Source: Wallemia ichthyophaga EXF-994
Lineage: Eukaryota; Fungi; Basidiomycota
Assembly: GCF_000400465.1 (NCBI RefSeq)
Contig: NW_008806285.1
Span: 144,001 to 268,000 of the forward strand
Direction of reading: 5' to 3'
DNA length: 124,000 bases
In this document: one piece after another, positions 26,190-39,732 of the stretch
Numbering within the stretch: the stretch's first letter is position 1
Layout of the letters: the number at the start of each line of letters is the position of its first letter
The notes under the pieces: generated by a model
Told to the model about the DNA's origin: nothing
Seen by the model: the letters and a program-made list of their open reading frames with translations, nothing else
Databases searched by the model: none
Made by a program: the position numbers and the translations under genes

Positions 26190-28409
26190 ATGAAGAGAAA
26201 TATCCCGAACGAGCAGTACGGATATCAGCGCAAGTGGGTTACCTGTGTTGCAGACGTCGTGTGCACTGGCTGATAAACTACATTCGCAGACATCCGCGCT
26301 ACGCTTCCCAGGATCAGCATGGAAGGCGAGTAGATATGGTGACGACAGCAGATAGAACTGACGTAGACCGTGCAGTGGCTTCACAGAAGGCTACTCGCAC
26401 CAATCACCGCCAGCTGCAAGGCCACAAGAAGGCTACCGTAGTCCTGATCATACCATGTATAAAAGACATAAAGCCAGTCAGAATCACAAGGACAATTATA
26501 GATGGCAGAAAGACTACGAGGATTACCATCGTAGCGGCAGAAACATTGACTATGGCAAAAGCTATGGCAAGAACCACAGCAGCTATAGCAACAGGTATAA
26601 CGGAAACAACATGAATGATCAGAAGAATCTTAACGACTATGCTAACGCCATGAATCCTAACAATAAGTACAACCCGAGTAGCCCGAGGAAAAACCAATCT
26701 AAGAATAAGACTAAAAAGAAGAAGCCCAATAATAACAACAGCAACAACATACCACCGCAGAGTCGAAACTTAACGCCCAGCAGTCACATTGATAGACCAG
26801 ACTTTGAGCACAGGAGCATGCAGCCATTTGATGGCGATCCAATCGATAGGCACATCGATAATGTGATGCGAGGGGCTGGTGGAGGTGATAGAAGGTCCTC
26901 CTACGGCTCTTTTTCTCATTCAAAGTACTCTCACAATGGACCCCAGCCTTCGACAAGCAGGGAAATTTTACACCCTCCAACCAAGGGGACAGTGATAGAA
27001 GGAGGTAAGCATAATGACATCTTTGAATTCCGCTCTGATCGCTTCTGCAGCTAGAAATCGTTGGGTAGAGAATCAGCTCAAAGCCCAAGCTCAAACGCAG
27101 TCAGAAACACACCAGCAACCTCCCTCATCAAAGCCTCTATATCCAATACCGCCACCGCCATTGCCAAGTAAGCCACCTCCACCGCCAAAAGCTAGAAATC
27201 TGTCTCCGAAGAATCTTCCCTCTCCCAAGGAAGAAGACGTAGGCCCTATAGTACTTGGCTGGCATAATTTACCACGCTTCGACTTAAAGGAAGTCGATGA
27301 AAGCGCGTTCCAAGTGCCTGATAACATCACTGACTTCTACGACCGTCTGTGCCAAGTCGGTGAAGGCACGTACGGCAAGGTGTACAAAGCGAGGAACAAG
27401 GTGTCGAAGCTACACGTAGCTCTTAAAAGAATCAGGATGGAACAGGAGAGGGACGGTTTCCCAGTCACTGCTTTGAGAGAAATCAAGCTGCTGCAGCAGT
27501 CACATCATGACAACATTGTTAGGTTGCACGAGATGCTAGTGTCAAATGGTATGTACTGGTTTGACTCTTCTGTCCCGGTTGACGCTCTGCACAGGCTCAG
27601 TCTATATGGTGTTTGAGTACATGGAGAATGACCTCACAGGCTTGCTGCAGCATGGCCCACATCTCTTCCAATTGCAGCACAAAAAGTCGCTCTGCCAGCA
27701 AATGCTGGCTGGCTTGTCTTATCTCCATTACCGGGGAATCTTGCACAGGGACATGAAAGGCTCGAATATCCTGATATCGAACAAAGGTGTACTCAAGTTG
27801 GCCGACTTTGGTCTCGCTAGATTCTTTCACAAGCACCGCAAGGCGGACTACACCAACAGAGTGATAACTATCTGGTACAGGCCGCCTGAATTACTGCTTG
27901 GTGCTACGAGCTATGGTCCGGAAGTCGATATGTGGAGTGCTGGGTGCATAATGCTCGAGATCTACACCACGAAACCCGTCTTCCAAGGTGATAACGAGCT
28001 ACACCAGCTAGAGATTGTATTCAAAATGCTGGGCGCACCATCTCATCAGGACTGGCCAGGGTTTTCCAGCCTCCCGTGGTACGAATTGGTGCGACCAACA
28101 GGCAAGCACTCGTCTGAGCGGTTCAGGGAGACCTTCAAGAGATGGCTGACACCAGCAGGCTTAGAGCTCGCCCAAGCACTGCTGACATTTAATCCGCAGA
28201 AGAGGCTGTCGGCGAAAGATGCTCTGCAGCTGCCATTCTTCAAGTCGGAGGAACCGCTTCCAGAGCTCCCCAGCCATCTCGGCGAACTTCAAGGCGAGTG
28301 GCATGAGTTTGAGGCCAAGAGAGAGAAAGCACAGGCTAGACTGAAAGCTAAAGAGATGGAGAGCAAGGAGGGAACTGAAGGAGAGACAGCTAGAGAAAAT
28401 AGTGCATAG
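26190..28409 (+). CDS. CTK1: RNA Pol II CTD Ser2 kinase (Ctk1/Lsk1/CDK12-like)
   Basis: GEGTYGKVYKA, FPVTALREIKLL, HRDMKGSN, DYTNRVITIWYRPPELLLG. Confidence 0.9.
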
Positions 28410-28442
28410 TGTTTAAATTATGATGTAAATTACATGAAACGT

Positions 28443-28922
28443 TTATGATACTGTCTTCTTTACTTTGTCGAGCATGGTTTCCATCCTTGCGCCCATTTTT
28501 GGCTGATTGTTGTGGTTTTTCGAGTGCTGGTCTCTCCTTCTCTGGCGATGTGACGGTGCTTCTTTCTTTTGAGGCTGAGTTTGTGGCTGTGGTTGCTTTT
28601 GCTGAGGGTTATCGCTTCGCTTTATCGATCCTTCCGGCTTATCCCTTTCGCTCCTTCTCGCCTTCTTGGGTATCTCAGGCAGCTGTTGGGCTGGTTGGCC
28701 CTCCTTTTTCAGCATGTTGGCATACTCCTTCTTCACTTTGGCTTTCTGAATCAGCTGCTCTTTGATCTTGGAAGCTGTAGGTGGTGTTAGAGTGTCTGGA
28801 TCGTAGAGCTCAATCGCTCTCAACCCACCTTTGCCTGTATACGCTCCCTTGCCTGCCCTTCTGGCTACCGAGAATCCCTTTCTGTCCTGCATTGGTTGGC
28901 CTTTGCTCTTCGTTTCCACCAT
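28443..28922 (-). CDS. rRNA-processing protein, Fyv7-like
   Basis: Basic protein KIKEQLIQKAKVKKEYA...NNQPKMGARMETMLDKVKK. Confidence 0.65.
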   Translation of the reverse strand: MVETKSKGQPMQDRKGFSVARRAGKGAYTGKGGLRAIELYDPDTLTPPTASKIKEQLIQKAKVKKEYANMLKKEGQPAQQLPEIPKKARRSERDKPEGSIKRSDNPQQKQPQPQTQPQKKEAPSHRQRRRDQHSKNHNNQPKMGARMETMLDKVKKTVS

Positions 28923-29079
28923 GGCCGCTGCGATAAGAGAAGGCATTTGTCGAATAGTTGCTAGATGTAGCACTGTTGCATTATGTGCTGCCATTATCAT
29001 CGATTTATTCAGCCATTCCCCATCTTTGTTGTTGCCTCTCAGTTGTAAATTGCTGTGTAGTGGATTATTCAAAGACATT

Positions 29080-29960
29080 CATACACAATTTAAGTCCATT
29101 AATGAGTGCTTTCATATATTAATTGAGCTATTCCTCCCGTTGCACTCAGAAAAAGGTCAAACTGTGACTTGTCTCTACATATCTGATGACTTCAAATATG
29201 TTTATGGGATTACAGGGCAGTTTGAAAAGTTGATTAAGTATTATCGGATACTTAAAACTGTGTAAACCATTCGAAAGAATTGGTTTTGCTCGAGTCACCC
29301 CGCAAATGACCAAGTTATTGAGAAGATGAACGTAGAGATACCATATGCTGACAATTTGAACAAACTAGCAACACTTGCATTTTAACATCATTTTCAGCAT
29401 TCCGAATACATCCCCATATCAACCACCCGCTCAATATCAATCGAGTTGAATGTTATTGCTACCACCTATCTCATCTCCCATAGTGATTTACAAGTTTTGG
29501 TGATCTCCAAATAAAAAAGCTTGTCATATAGTTTTGAATGAGCCCTCTATGACATACCAGAATTGCTTCACCAAGCCTCCATTTGCACCCTGTAGGCTGT
29601 TCAGAAGTTGTGATCCGACATCGCTCTGTAGCACGGTCTAGGATAGAAATTTCGGATTTGACGCGCTTCATCAACAAAAAGTGACAATTCTAGCTGATTG
29701 AGACTGTAAGCACCCGAAATTCCAAGTATTCGGCCCTGTATACGTGAAAAACAGTTTAAGCTTAATGGCGTCTACAGGACTCAGAACTATGTCGAGAAAA
29801 AAGATATTGCTATTCCGCATCACTTCACTTTTGGAAGAGGAGATTTAGGTTAAGAAAAGGGGTGTATCAGCCCAGCTCTGAAATCGCGACTTTGGCTTCA
29901 GCTGGTGCATTTCGAGATTTCACTTAATGGGGGTGAAGGGGTGATTTAGACCGCATGTGA
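29080..29960 (-). pseudogene. Degenerate coding relic, copy 1 (homologous to 43820-44690)
   Basis: Aligns by eye with 43820-44690; stop- and frameshift-interrupted peptides, e.g. IERVVDMGMY, VQIVSIWYLY. Confidence 0.6.
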
Positions 29961-30546
29961 ATCTTAGAATGCAGGATAATAGAAATTTCAAATTCAAAAC
30001 GCTTAGTTGTTACTCAATCACTACGCAAGGAGGCCATCATTGCCAGATTTGACATCGTCACGCTAATATGACGTACTTGAGGTGATCATGATCTATACGC
30101 AATTTGGTGTGAATAAATAGGAAATCCAGCTGAGTTACTTTATAATGTGGGGTTCTGTCGCTTGTTAACGGGGGCTCTTGGAAATTGTGTGAGATTTTCT
30201 TATGGGTGTGAGATGCTGAGCTGAACCCTCTCTGATGCTGCAAAGAAAAGGGGACATAGCATGCGAAGAGGTATAGCTTATGTGGCAATGTTGCAAACAG
30301 TCGACAAATTCATATATGGACTTGGCTTCGATGGAATGCTACATCACGTGAAGATTTGCAGAGCGCGGCGAGCGGCGAAGAAGTGGAAAAGTACAGCAGC
30401 ACAAGACGGTAACGAGAATCGATTCTCTACAGCAATTTTAGTTTCTGTTTAGAATTTTTATCTGCTTCCCCGATTTTAAGTTTTTTGGTGCGTGTCTCCT
30501 CACACACGCAATTATAAAAGACTGCGCAGATGCATCATGGTTCGTT

Positions 30547-30730
30547 ATCCTCTCTGGCCTTTTGGCTTAGATCAAGTGTAGTATCTGTTCTTCCAAGTTC
30601 GAACAACTTGGATCGCATAACTTATGCGACAAACGTTCGATCTAATTTTTATCCGCGTCCAGTCGCCCTCACTGCTTGCATAGGATGGCTGGAAGATGGC
30701 CTTGCGTTGCACTACCGCATGTGCCGTCAG
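30547..30730 (+). ncRNA. U2: U2 spliceosomal snRNA
   Basis: gccttttggcttagatcaagtgtagtatctgttctt (stem I plus branch-point pairing GUAGUA), Sm site aattttta at about 30644, stem-loop IV loop ttgcactac; TATA at about 30514. Confidence 0.96.
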
Positions 30731-31009
30731 CGCTCTCTTGCTATCTCTATAATCTTCACATATTTTGCCATGTCTCTGTTGCTTTTAGCAGTGTTGACTT
30801 GATGAACTGTGTGGCGATGTAGAAGATTTGCCGCTATGTATTATACCCGATATACACGTTTTGTTTATTTCTTTAATGCTTACAGTGATCAAGCACACTT
30901 GCTTAAGTGGTCGGCGCTACTCGACTCTGGTGAAGCCACAGTCAACAGTACGTTCATACCGCTTCTTTTAACCGCCTCACACTCCCGCAGCAGACTGAAG
31001 CTCTGGCTT

Positions 31010-32291
31010 ATGTCTCGCATTCTACAGATCCGTGGTTTAATCTCGCATTTGAAGACTGGTAAGAAGCCATCGGAGACGAAGGCTAGCACACTGACGGACA
31101 AGACAGGTTATTCAGAACATCCAGCAAACCTTCACATGTGCTCTATTTGTATAAAAACTCACCGTCTGTCATTATTGGGCGTAATCAGGTGCGTGTGAAG
31201 ACCGTGAAGACTGTTAGTTGCACTTTTTGACACAAACAGAATCAATGGAAAGAAATTGATCTCAAGACGTTGAATAGACTCAATATCCCATTCGTCAGAC
31301 GGCGAAGTGGCGGCGGTACAGTCTTCCATGTACGTAGGTCTTTGAAGGGTGATTTAGTGCTTACGCAAGTCGCAGGATTTGGGAAACACCAACTACAGTG
31401 TAATGATGCCTCAATCGGTATTCAATCGGAGAGATAACGCTCAGTTGGTGGCTAGTGCTCTCAATGAGCTCAGCGTACCAGCAGTCGTCAACGAGCGCAA
31501 TGATATCGTTGTAGACGGCTACAAGGTATCTGGATCTGCATTCAAATTGACCAGTTCGCGCGCTTACCATCATGGAACAATGTTGCTGGATTCCAACATC
31601 AAAACACTTTCACAAGCGCTCAAGAACACAAACGTGAGTCTCATTCAATGCTATAATGTACGTGCTAAATTAACTCAGCAATCAATGGTCACCAAAGGTG
31701 TATCATCTGTTAGATCGCCGGTGAAGAACATAATCGAATGGCAGCCACACATTACGCACGACACATTCGTCGCAGCGGTTATAAAAAAGTTCGAAGAGCA
31801 TCACAAGGTTGACAAGAAGATTATTGTAGGTAGACCGCCCTCCAAGTCACGACTATTGACAATGTTTTAGGTGTCGGACATTGACGAGAACATTTTGAAA
31901 GAAGATGGCGGTAACCAGATACAGAAGCTGAAAGATGAGCTTCAGGTGGGTTCAGTGTATGTAAGTTATGCAAAAGCGTTAACCTCTTGACAGGAGTGGG
32001 ATTGGCACTACGGACAGACACCGGAGTTCACCAACACGCTCTCAACGATAATTGAAGGAACTGAAATTGTCGGTACTGTTTTTTGAAAGCTTTTCATTCT
32101 AATAAGTCTCAAAGACAGCGGAAATTACGGCAAAGCAAGGCAAAATCATTAAGATGAATGTGAGCGGTTTCTCAGAGGACGTTGGAAAGCAATTCATCGG
32201 GAAGAAGTACGCATTTATACAAGTAGAGGATATAGCAGCTTCCAGTGAGATGGATAGAAGTGTTGTAGAATGGCTGATTGAATGCATGTAA
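31010..32291 (+). CDS. AIM22: Mitochondrial lipoate-protein ligase A
   Basis: VRRRSGGGTVFH, DLGNTNYS, KVSGSAFK, YHHGTMLL, WHYGQTPEF. Confidence 0.88.
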
Positions 32292-32301
32292 AGAGGAGAA
32301 T

Positions 32302-32436
32302 AAATGTCAGAATCAGAGAAAGAAACAGATTAGAGATAACCATTTACTGCAAATCTCCAATTCTAATTATTATAGCCTTGCTAAAGCACTCACAACGACG
32401 TGGATAGGCGTCAGAGGTGAGGAATAATGAAGGCAT
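32302..32436 (-). ncRNA. Box H/ACA snoRNA (candidate 18S pseudouridine guide)
   Basis: Minus strand: hairpin gcctt...aaggc, H box ATAATA, 11-bp hairpin agaattggaga/tctctgattct, then ACA plus 3 nt; pocket 1 matches 18S AGCA-UG-GAAUAAU. Confidence 0.75.
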
Positions 32437-32752
32437 GTAAAGAAACACACGCAGCTTTAAACAGAAACAAAGAAATACATCAAATGCATCAGATACTTAC
32501 AAAAGATGTTTCCTGCGTGTGAAGCTACCGATCAACCAAGACGACCACTAGACAAATGCACGGGAATTGCTATAGCACAAAAGCATAGCGAATATTGCAA
32601 ACTTTTATGCTTATTATCCGCAATATATTGTGCTGGTTTTCAAGGAAGAAAATAACATAAATCTTGCGCGTGATGAATTTTTAAAAAATGGCGTGCCCAG
32701 CTCAGAGCTCAGAGGAGAAGAGTTTTCTAGCGGACCGCCATTAGCCTCAAAA

Positions 32753-33235
32753 ATGAAATTCAGCAGAGATGTTTCTTCAAGTCGCAGGGTAAACCGCAAG
32801 GCTCACTTTGCCGCTCCATCTTCAGAGCGTCGCAAATTGATGGCTTCTTCTCTCAACAAGGAACTTCGTAAGGAGCACAACATCCGCTCATTGCCTATCC
32901 GTAGAGACGACGAGGTTCTCATCGTCAGAGGCTCTAACAAGGGTAAGGAAGGCAAGGTTGTCCAAGTTCAAAGAAACAAGTTCGCCATCTTCGTTGACAG
33001 AGTTCACCGCGAGAAGGCAAACGGTCAAACCTCTCCAACTCCAATTCACCCATCAAGCGTCGTCATTACCAACTTGAAGCTCGACAAGGGACGTATGGCT
33101 ACTATTGAGAGAAAGTCCGTTGCAAAGAAGGCTGCTCTTGAGGCTCGTAACCAAACCAAGGATGTTAACATGTCTAACGCCGTACGTTTCTTTCCTCCCC
33201 TTTGACTTTAAATTCTTACTCACTTTCCTCAGTAA
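32753..33235 (+). CDS. RPL26: 60S ribosomal protein uL24
   Basis: [30 protein letters not shown]; stop codon lies after a terminal intron 33182-33232. Confidence 0.97.
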
Positions 33236-33765
33236 ATTTTATAAGTTACGCTGCAAATTTACTTTGTCATGTATTGAAGGAACATGCACGAATACTAGGG
33301 CTTAATTTTTGGATTGGTTTTGGTGACTCGTTTTATGGGTTTTTAAGCCATTAGACGTATTCACCGTTGAGTAGATTTTATGGCTATCACGTCGATTGGG
33401 GTGGGGTGACTTAAGGGCATTTGATGAAAAGCGGAAGCTTAGCAGATACTGGAATCAGACAGGTTTTCTCTAGCTTAAGTGCATCAGCTACATAGGTCAG
33501 ACTGCATCGCCCGTCTCCCACTGACAACAGTAAATTCTTAAGCCATCTTGAGTGCCTTTGTGATTCGACTGTTGTTCTATGAACAATCTGAGATATTGGA
33601 AATGCAGTACTTTAAACGAAATATTAGCTTGTCAAATGTTTAGCACCCTTATCACCTCATTCAATGATTTAAATGGCAATGCATATCCCGGCTTAACACT
33701 TGCTGCCTTGTTGGATAGTCGCAATACCACTTTATCACTTGTTGAACCATATCAATCATCGAAAA

Positions 33766-34700
33766 ATGTCCGAAAACAACCAGAGAGAGGCTGTGGTACG
33801 TCTTAATGGAGTATCACTACCTATACATCTGACAAGCGTACAAGTTCCCAACCAGAATGGTACTAAACGTCATGAATCACGTTGTTGATTAGCTGACGAG
33901 AAACGCAGGCTTTAACCAATACCAAGAACAGACTAAAGGGAGCACAAACTGGTCACTCACTTCTCGCTAAAAAGAGAGACGCTCTCATGATTCGATTTAG
34001 AGCGATTCTCAAGAAAGTCGAAGAGGTTGGCATTATATTGTACACGAGCAGAGCTAGGTTGACAAAATCCAGGCTAAACTTAAGATGGGTAAAGTTATGC
34101 AAGTTGCAGCATTTTCATTAGCAGAAGTTAACTATGTCGCTGGAGATATATCTTATCAAGTACAAGAGAGTGCCAAGAGACCGCAATTGACAGTGAAAGC
34201 TAAGCAGGAGAATGTTTCTGGTGTAACATTACCAGGTTTTGAAATAGAGCGTGAACAATCAAACGAATTCTCACTTACTGGACTGGGAAGAGGTGGTCAG
34301 AAGATACAGAAGTGCAAAGAGACGTACGCTAAAGCTATTGAAACGCTTGTGGAATTGGCATCGCTGCAGGTATTTCATAAATACTCAAGCAGGTACTCTA
34401 TTGACATTAATTCAGACTGCTTTCATGATACTTGATGATGTTATCAGAGTCACAAATAGGCGTGTCAATGCGATAGAACACGTTGTACTTCCAAAACTTG
34501 AGAATACAATCAAATATATCAACTCAGAGCTTGATGAAATGGACAGAGAGGAATTCTTTAGGCTCAAGAAGATTCAATCCAAGAAGAAGAAGGGTGGAGA
34601 CTCAGAGCAAGATACCATCGACCAAGGAGAATACACGCAAGACCAGGCAGGCGGTGCAGACATATTAGATCAAGGAAAAGATGAGGATGTCATTTTCTAG
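33766..34700 (+). CDS. VMA8: V-ATPase subunit D
   Basis: RLKGAQTGHSLLAKKRDAL, RVTNRRVNAIEHV, ELDEMDREEFFRLKK. Confidence 0.96.
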
Positions 34701-34727
34701 TATTGTATCTTCTGTTTGATAGCACTC

Positions 34728-37138
34728 ATGGACATTTTCTTGAACATTTCCAGAATCTGTCCAAACGATACAGCAAAGGTTACAGAGGCTTCCAGGAATC
34801 TAGCCGATAGTCTTCGTACTTGTTGGTCTCAGCTATTCAGCCCGAGCTAGCTGACTGATATGACCCAGCTGAGCGGAGAGATCAGTTAAGCTGTGTGGAA
34901 GATATACTTGAAGCACTCAATCTACAATTCAAGCAGACGACTGCTATCGACGACGATATCTCCCAGCTCGAGAGACTGACACAGCTGTACAGGGTAACAG
35001 CTAACATCTGTCTCGATAGCAGTGAGTTGCTAGCGAAATGCGTCATATTTAGAATACTGATAGTGTTTTTGTTCCCAGACACCAACAGACAAAAGTTAAT
35101 CGATGCCGATGTTGATATCTCCGCTTTGGGGGTACTCAAATCACTCACACCCCAACAAATCTCGAGTCAGCCATACGCATTCATGCTTAGGGCTGCTTTT
35201 GGCACTCTAATAAATCTCAGCCAAGACTACTGTAAGGGCGTAATCGCTTTACATGTTCTCATCTGATAGGTACACAGCTCCTTCCCAAGAACGCCTTAAC
35301 AACCACGACACTCTGCCGATAGTGGTCAAATTTCTCAACAGACGCAATATTCAAGCGAATGACTCTGCTACAGCTGTTACCCATTCTTATATTTATGAGT
35401 GGGGATGGCGAATCGTTAACAATCTACTATCGACTGGTGAGTTTGGGATGCGCATTCAAACATAAGCTCATCTTTAAGAAGAAAATGCTAAAATTGAGCC
35501 TGGAAGCACTGAGGTAGATGCTCTATGTTCTTGGGTGGAAGCATTTTACAGCCAATCAATTGAAGAGTGAGTATCTAGTTGGGTGAGAGCTTTTTTGACA
35601 CTTAGCAGTGAATATGCTGGATTAGAAGATGAAGATGAGTTGCAAGCAGTATATGAGGAAGACTTATCTTCTTTGGAGAGTGCAACGCTGCTATTAGAAA
35701 CATTCGCGTTCGATTCTGAGGCCGCACGTCTTTTACTTGCTCAAGAAGAGAAACTTGATGTTCTGTTGTCTTTTGCAGAGACTCGTGAGCTTCCAAGAGC
35801 ATTAGCAGCTAGTGCAGATCAGAGCTCAGTGGAGGAGTGGTCTAAAATTTATGAGGAGTGCAAGGCTGCTGTTGGGAAATGTGTTGTCGGTATTGCTAGT
35901 TAGTTCGCATTTCTAGCTACTGCCTCTTTCGTCGTCTAACGCACATCGCAGGTGAAGATCAGCTGATGAGCTTCTTCTTTGACAACGGCAGAGCACCGTT
36001 TGTGCAAAGGATGCTGAGATGGTTGGAAAGCGATTTGCAGAGACTCAACATTAGTGGTAGTGAGTTTTTATCAAGTACTAAATGCTTTGCTGACAATAGT
36101 AGCTTTGGCTATTGGAAACTTGGCAAGATCTGGTAAGTGCGTGGACAAATTCAGTGTCCAAACTAACAGCCGACCAGAGGAGAATTCTATCATAGCTGTG
36201 AAACAATTCAAGATTATACCACGCCTCGTACAATTGCTCCGAGACGATGATGTGAAGGTATCTCATGCTTCCATGTGTCTACTGAAGAATCTATCGCTGC
36301 CTGCGTCTAACAAGGACGAAATTGGTGATAGTGGGGCAATGGAAGCAGCTCAAAAGTTTCTATCGCTCAGCTTTTCGCACGTACAGCCTCTTCAATTTGC
36401 GACCGTTGGCTTTTATAAGCACTTGTGTACGCAACAGTGTGAGTTATCGTTACTGAATGCGTATAGGCTGTCTAATGTGATTCAGTTTGTAACACACTCA
36501 CAATTGTGAATCACGAACCGTCTATACTCGACTCAGTGCTTGTTCTGATCAGCAAAAGTGATGACGCAGGTGTAAAGAGTGAAGGAACACGTATATTGGT
36601 GCATGGAATCAAATCTTGTTGGATTTCTGCAGGCGAAAAGGCTCAATATGCCAGATCAAAGTTCACGAGCCATCCTGTTGCAAAAGCTTTAGTGGAGTTG
36701 TTGTGCAATTACCGTAGATACCAGATCTGTAAGTGTCGTGTGTGTCTAGTTCACATCAGCTAACTCTCAATAGTGATCAACGAGGCCGTCATGGGTCTCA
36801 CTCTGCTTGCATCAGAACGTAAAGGTGCTGACTACATACTCGCAGAGACTTCCAAGCTAGCACCAGCTATCAAACAAGTATTGGAGGATGAGAAAGAGAT
36901 CAATAAGAAGGTCAAGCTCAACGTCTGTATTCTCTACTCTAATCTAGTCCTGAAACAGACTCAGGAAAATTCAAACGCTAAGCAGCGTGAGTGCGGTGAT
37001 ACATTTCTAAATAATATGACTCACTGTAATACAGTCAAAGGCCTTCTCGAACAAGACATAAAGAGTTTGTGTGACGATAGCGATAACGAGTTATCCAAGA
37101 CTGCTTCAACGGTATTGTCAGCTACGACTTGGAGCTGA
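34728..37138 (+). CDS. ARM-repeat protein, RAP1GDS1/Bem4-like
   Basis: Multi-exon ARM-like repeats (RVTANICLD, ALAIGNLARS, CLLKNLSLPASNK). Confidence 0.6.
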
Positions 37139-37219
37139 TGTGGCTAAAATAATTAATTTACTTTAAGAGTATTATTGTTTATCTAAATGCATTTGCTGAC
37201 TGCCTTCACAAATACAATC

Positions 37220-37825
37220 ATGTTCTCACTGTTAAAAAGATCAGCAGGATTATCTAATAACATTAGAACATTCTCATCAACTAGATTCAATAAGGAAACA
37301 GCTGGTGCACTAACTTCTGTTCTATCAGATACTGATGCCTTGCAAATACAATCAATTGGAAAATCAGGCTTAACGTTTAGTGATGGCAAAGTATGCAAAG
37401 GACCTGTGATAGTCGTTGATAATAAGATATTTTTGTGGAAAGTGCCTACGCCTACCATGCCATTCAACTGGGGTGACGCTATACCCAAGGAAGCGTTCAA
37501 GATGTTTGAAACGTTGACACCTAGACCAGGTGGGTTTAGAGCTTGTAAAAAGACCATTCTAACTCAATCATTCAGAAATATTGCTTCTTGGTACTGGAAA
37601 GAGCATGCTCCCACCACCACCAGCTTACACCAAATATCTCAATAGTTTGGGTATACAGGTGGATATTATAGATACTGTGGGTTATATTTGGCACTAGAAT
37701 GTGATTTTGCTGACGTGCAACACAAGAAAAACGCTTGCTCTACATACAACGTTCTCGTGGAGGAGGATAGAAGTGTGGCAGCAGCATTGTTCCCGATAGA
37801 TGGCTATGAGTGGACGAAGAAATAG
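37220..37825 (+). CDS. NDUFAF3: Complex I assembly factor NDUFAF3 (Mth938-like)
   Basis: LLGTGKSML, NACSTYNVLVEEDRSVAAAL. Confidence 0.85.
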
Positions 37826-37898
37826 CTGGAAAGTATTAAAGCAATTACTAGCATCCCCTTAACAAATATTTAGTGACTACAATATGATCAGATAGTGT

Positions 37899-39709
37899 TT
37901 AGATGACGTCTACGCTATATTAATTACTTGCATTGCGGTTAATTGAGTGCATCCAGGAAATTTCCATTGAAAGTCTTATCAGAAAGCCTCTCCATAACAG
38001 ACTCACGCGCTCTTTGTCTCACTTGTATTGCATCATGCTCACTTAGATTGAAAATATCGTTCATTCGCTCAGAGAACTCCTTCACTTCACGCGCATGATA
38101 ACCTTTTGGGTGTGAGAGATTATATCAGCGGTAGGAGAATTACCCACCAGTCTTTGATCCCTTGTAGTCTACGATAATGTCGAGCAATGGGCCGGCCGAG
38201 GCATGAGCAAGTGGTATCAGTCCAGCAGCCTGGAGAGGATTGTTAGTATATGCTCAGTATGAATTATTGCTATAGTTACCATATATTCTACTACATTTAT
38301 ACCGAAATGCTCGTCAACCATTGTATTGATACCGATGCTTGCAGTTGATAGACTATGCAGCAGCACTTTAAAGGAAGCATTCACGATGAATTCAGTGCTA
38401 GACTGTTTGGTATTAGAAAAGTAAAGCATCGCTGGTTGTGATAGTGGACCTACATCTACACCCAAAGACTTAGCTAGCGACTTTAGATGTTCTACTCTAT
38501 TCAAGTCATCCTGATTACGTGCACTTCCAAGTAAAATCAGTTTAGAGTCTTTGTGGTTTGTATGTGAGTCTCGCAATTCTTTGAATGCCTTTATTTGAGT
38601 ACTGTGAGCTTTCTCAGGCCTATATGTGGTTAGTGGTGGGACTTCCAATGTTTATACATGACGTACCTGAATTGCGCAACGCATAAAATACTTTTCCGCC
38701 TTCCCTCTAACGAAAAATCCCTCAAAGCGACCGTATCACAAGGCGGATAGACGACTTTGACCTCACGGTTGATTAGATTGCGAATGTGATTACCAGTCCA
38801 GCTTGAATTGGCCATATTGACATCACAAGTTTTAAGGCAGAATGAGTAAGCACTAATGAGAGCGTGATAGTATCTGCTTGTGTTAGTCTGAGCTGATGCA
38901 AAGTAGCGCATCTCACATAAGCTTCCCCCGACTTAAAATATTTGAGGAGGTGATAGTTGACGAGTTTGTGATATCATTATGGCGCTTTTCTACTCTGGAG
39001 ACCATGTCTGAGCTGGTGGAACTGGTCAATGCCATGCAGGAGACATACAAAGAACTCACGATATCGTTGGATAATGAGTATAGGCAACGATACGTGCCCT
39101 TGATTTAACTAGCCTAACAATTGGGTATGTGAAAGCGTAACCCATAGTATCTAATGCAAATTTTGAGCTTGAAATTAATGTGAAGGGGTATACCAACCTA
39201 TGAAGACAGAGAAATCATTTTTACGATATAGAGCCTCGATAATCAATATAGTACTGCCTATCGCTTGGCCCAGTAAGGTGAAATAAGGCCAGGACTTATC
39301 ATCTACGAGGAAACGACAGCGAAGTCTGACGAAATGAATCGTCTGTGGGTTTAAATCTATTGACATTTTGGTCTGATTGAATAATTGAATACAAGTTTTA
39401 TGCTCAACGGTGCCCAACTCACTTTGGCATTGTTTATAAGCGTTTGCTTCGAATCAGAGTCACCGGTGTAAACGAGTACATGAATGTTGGGAGTGAGTGA
39501 TTGTATACCTTGTATAGCAGTCCAAAGAACTCGCTCACCGCCACCGCCTGCGTTGCTGAGGTATGGGTTCAGCTATCGGATCCACCGCCAATGCACACGA
39601 CAAACCAATAAGGATGGAAGAATGCAATATTGCTGCCGATGTTTCGGCTTCTTTTAAAGATGAAAATTGAGAGAATAATTACTGAAATTGAAGCCGTTAT
39701 CAGCAGCAT
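37899..39709 (-). CDS. ALG11: Alpha-1,2-mannosyltransferase Alg11
   Basis: FFHPY.NAGGGGERVLW, SWPYFTLLGQ, MVDEHFGINVVEYM. Confidence 0.92.
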
Positions 39710-39732
39710 AATGTTGATTGATTACTATCAAC

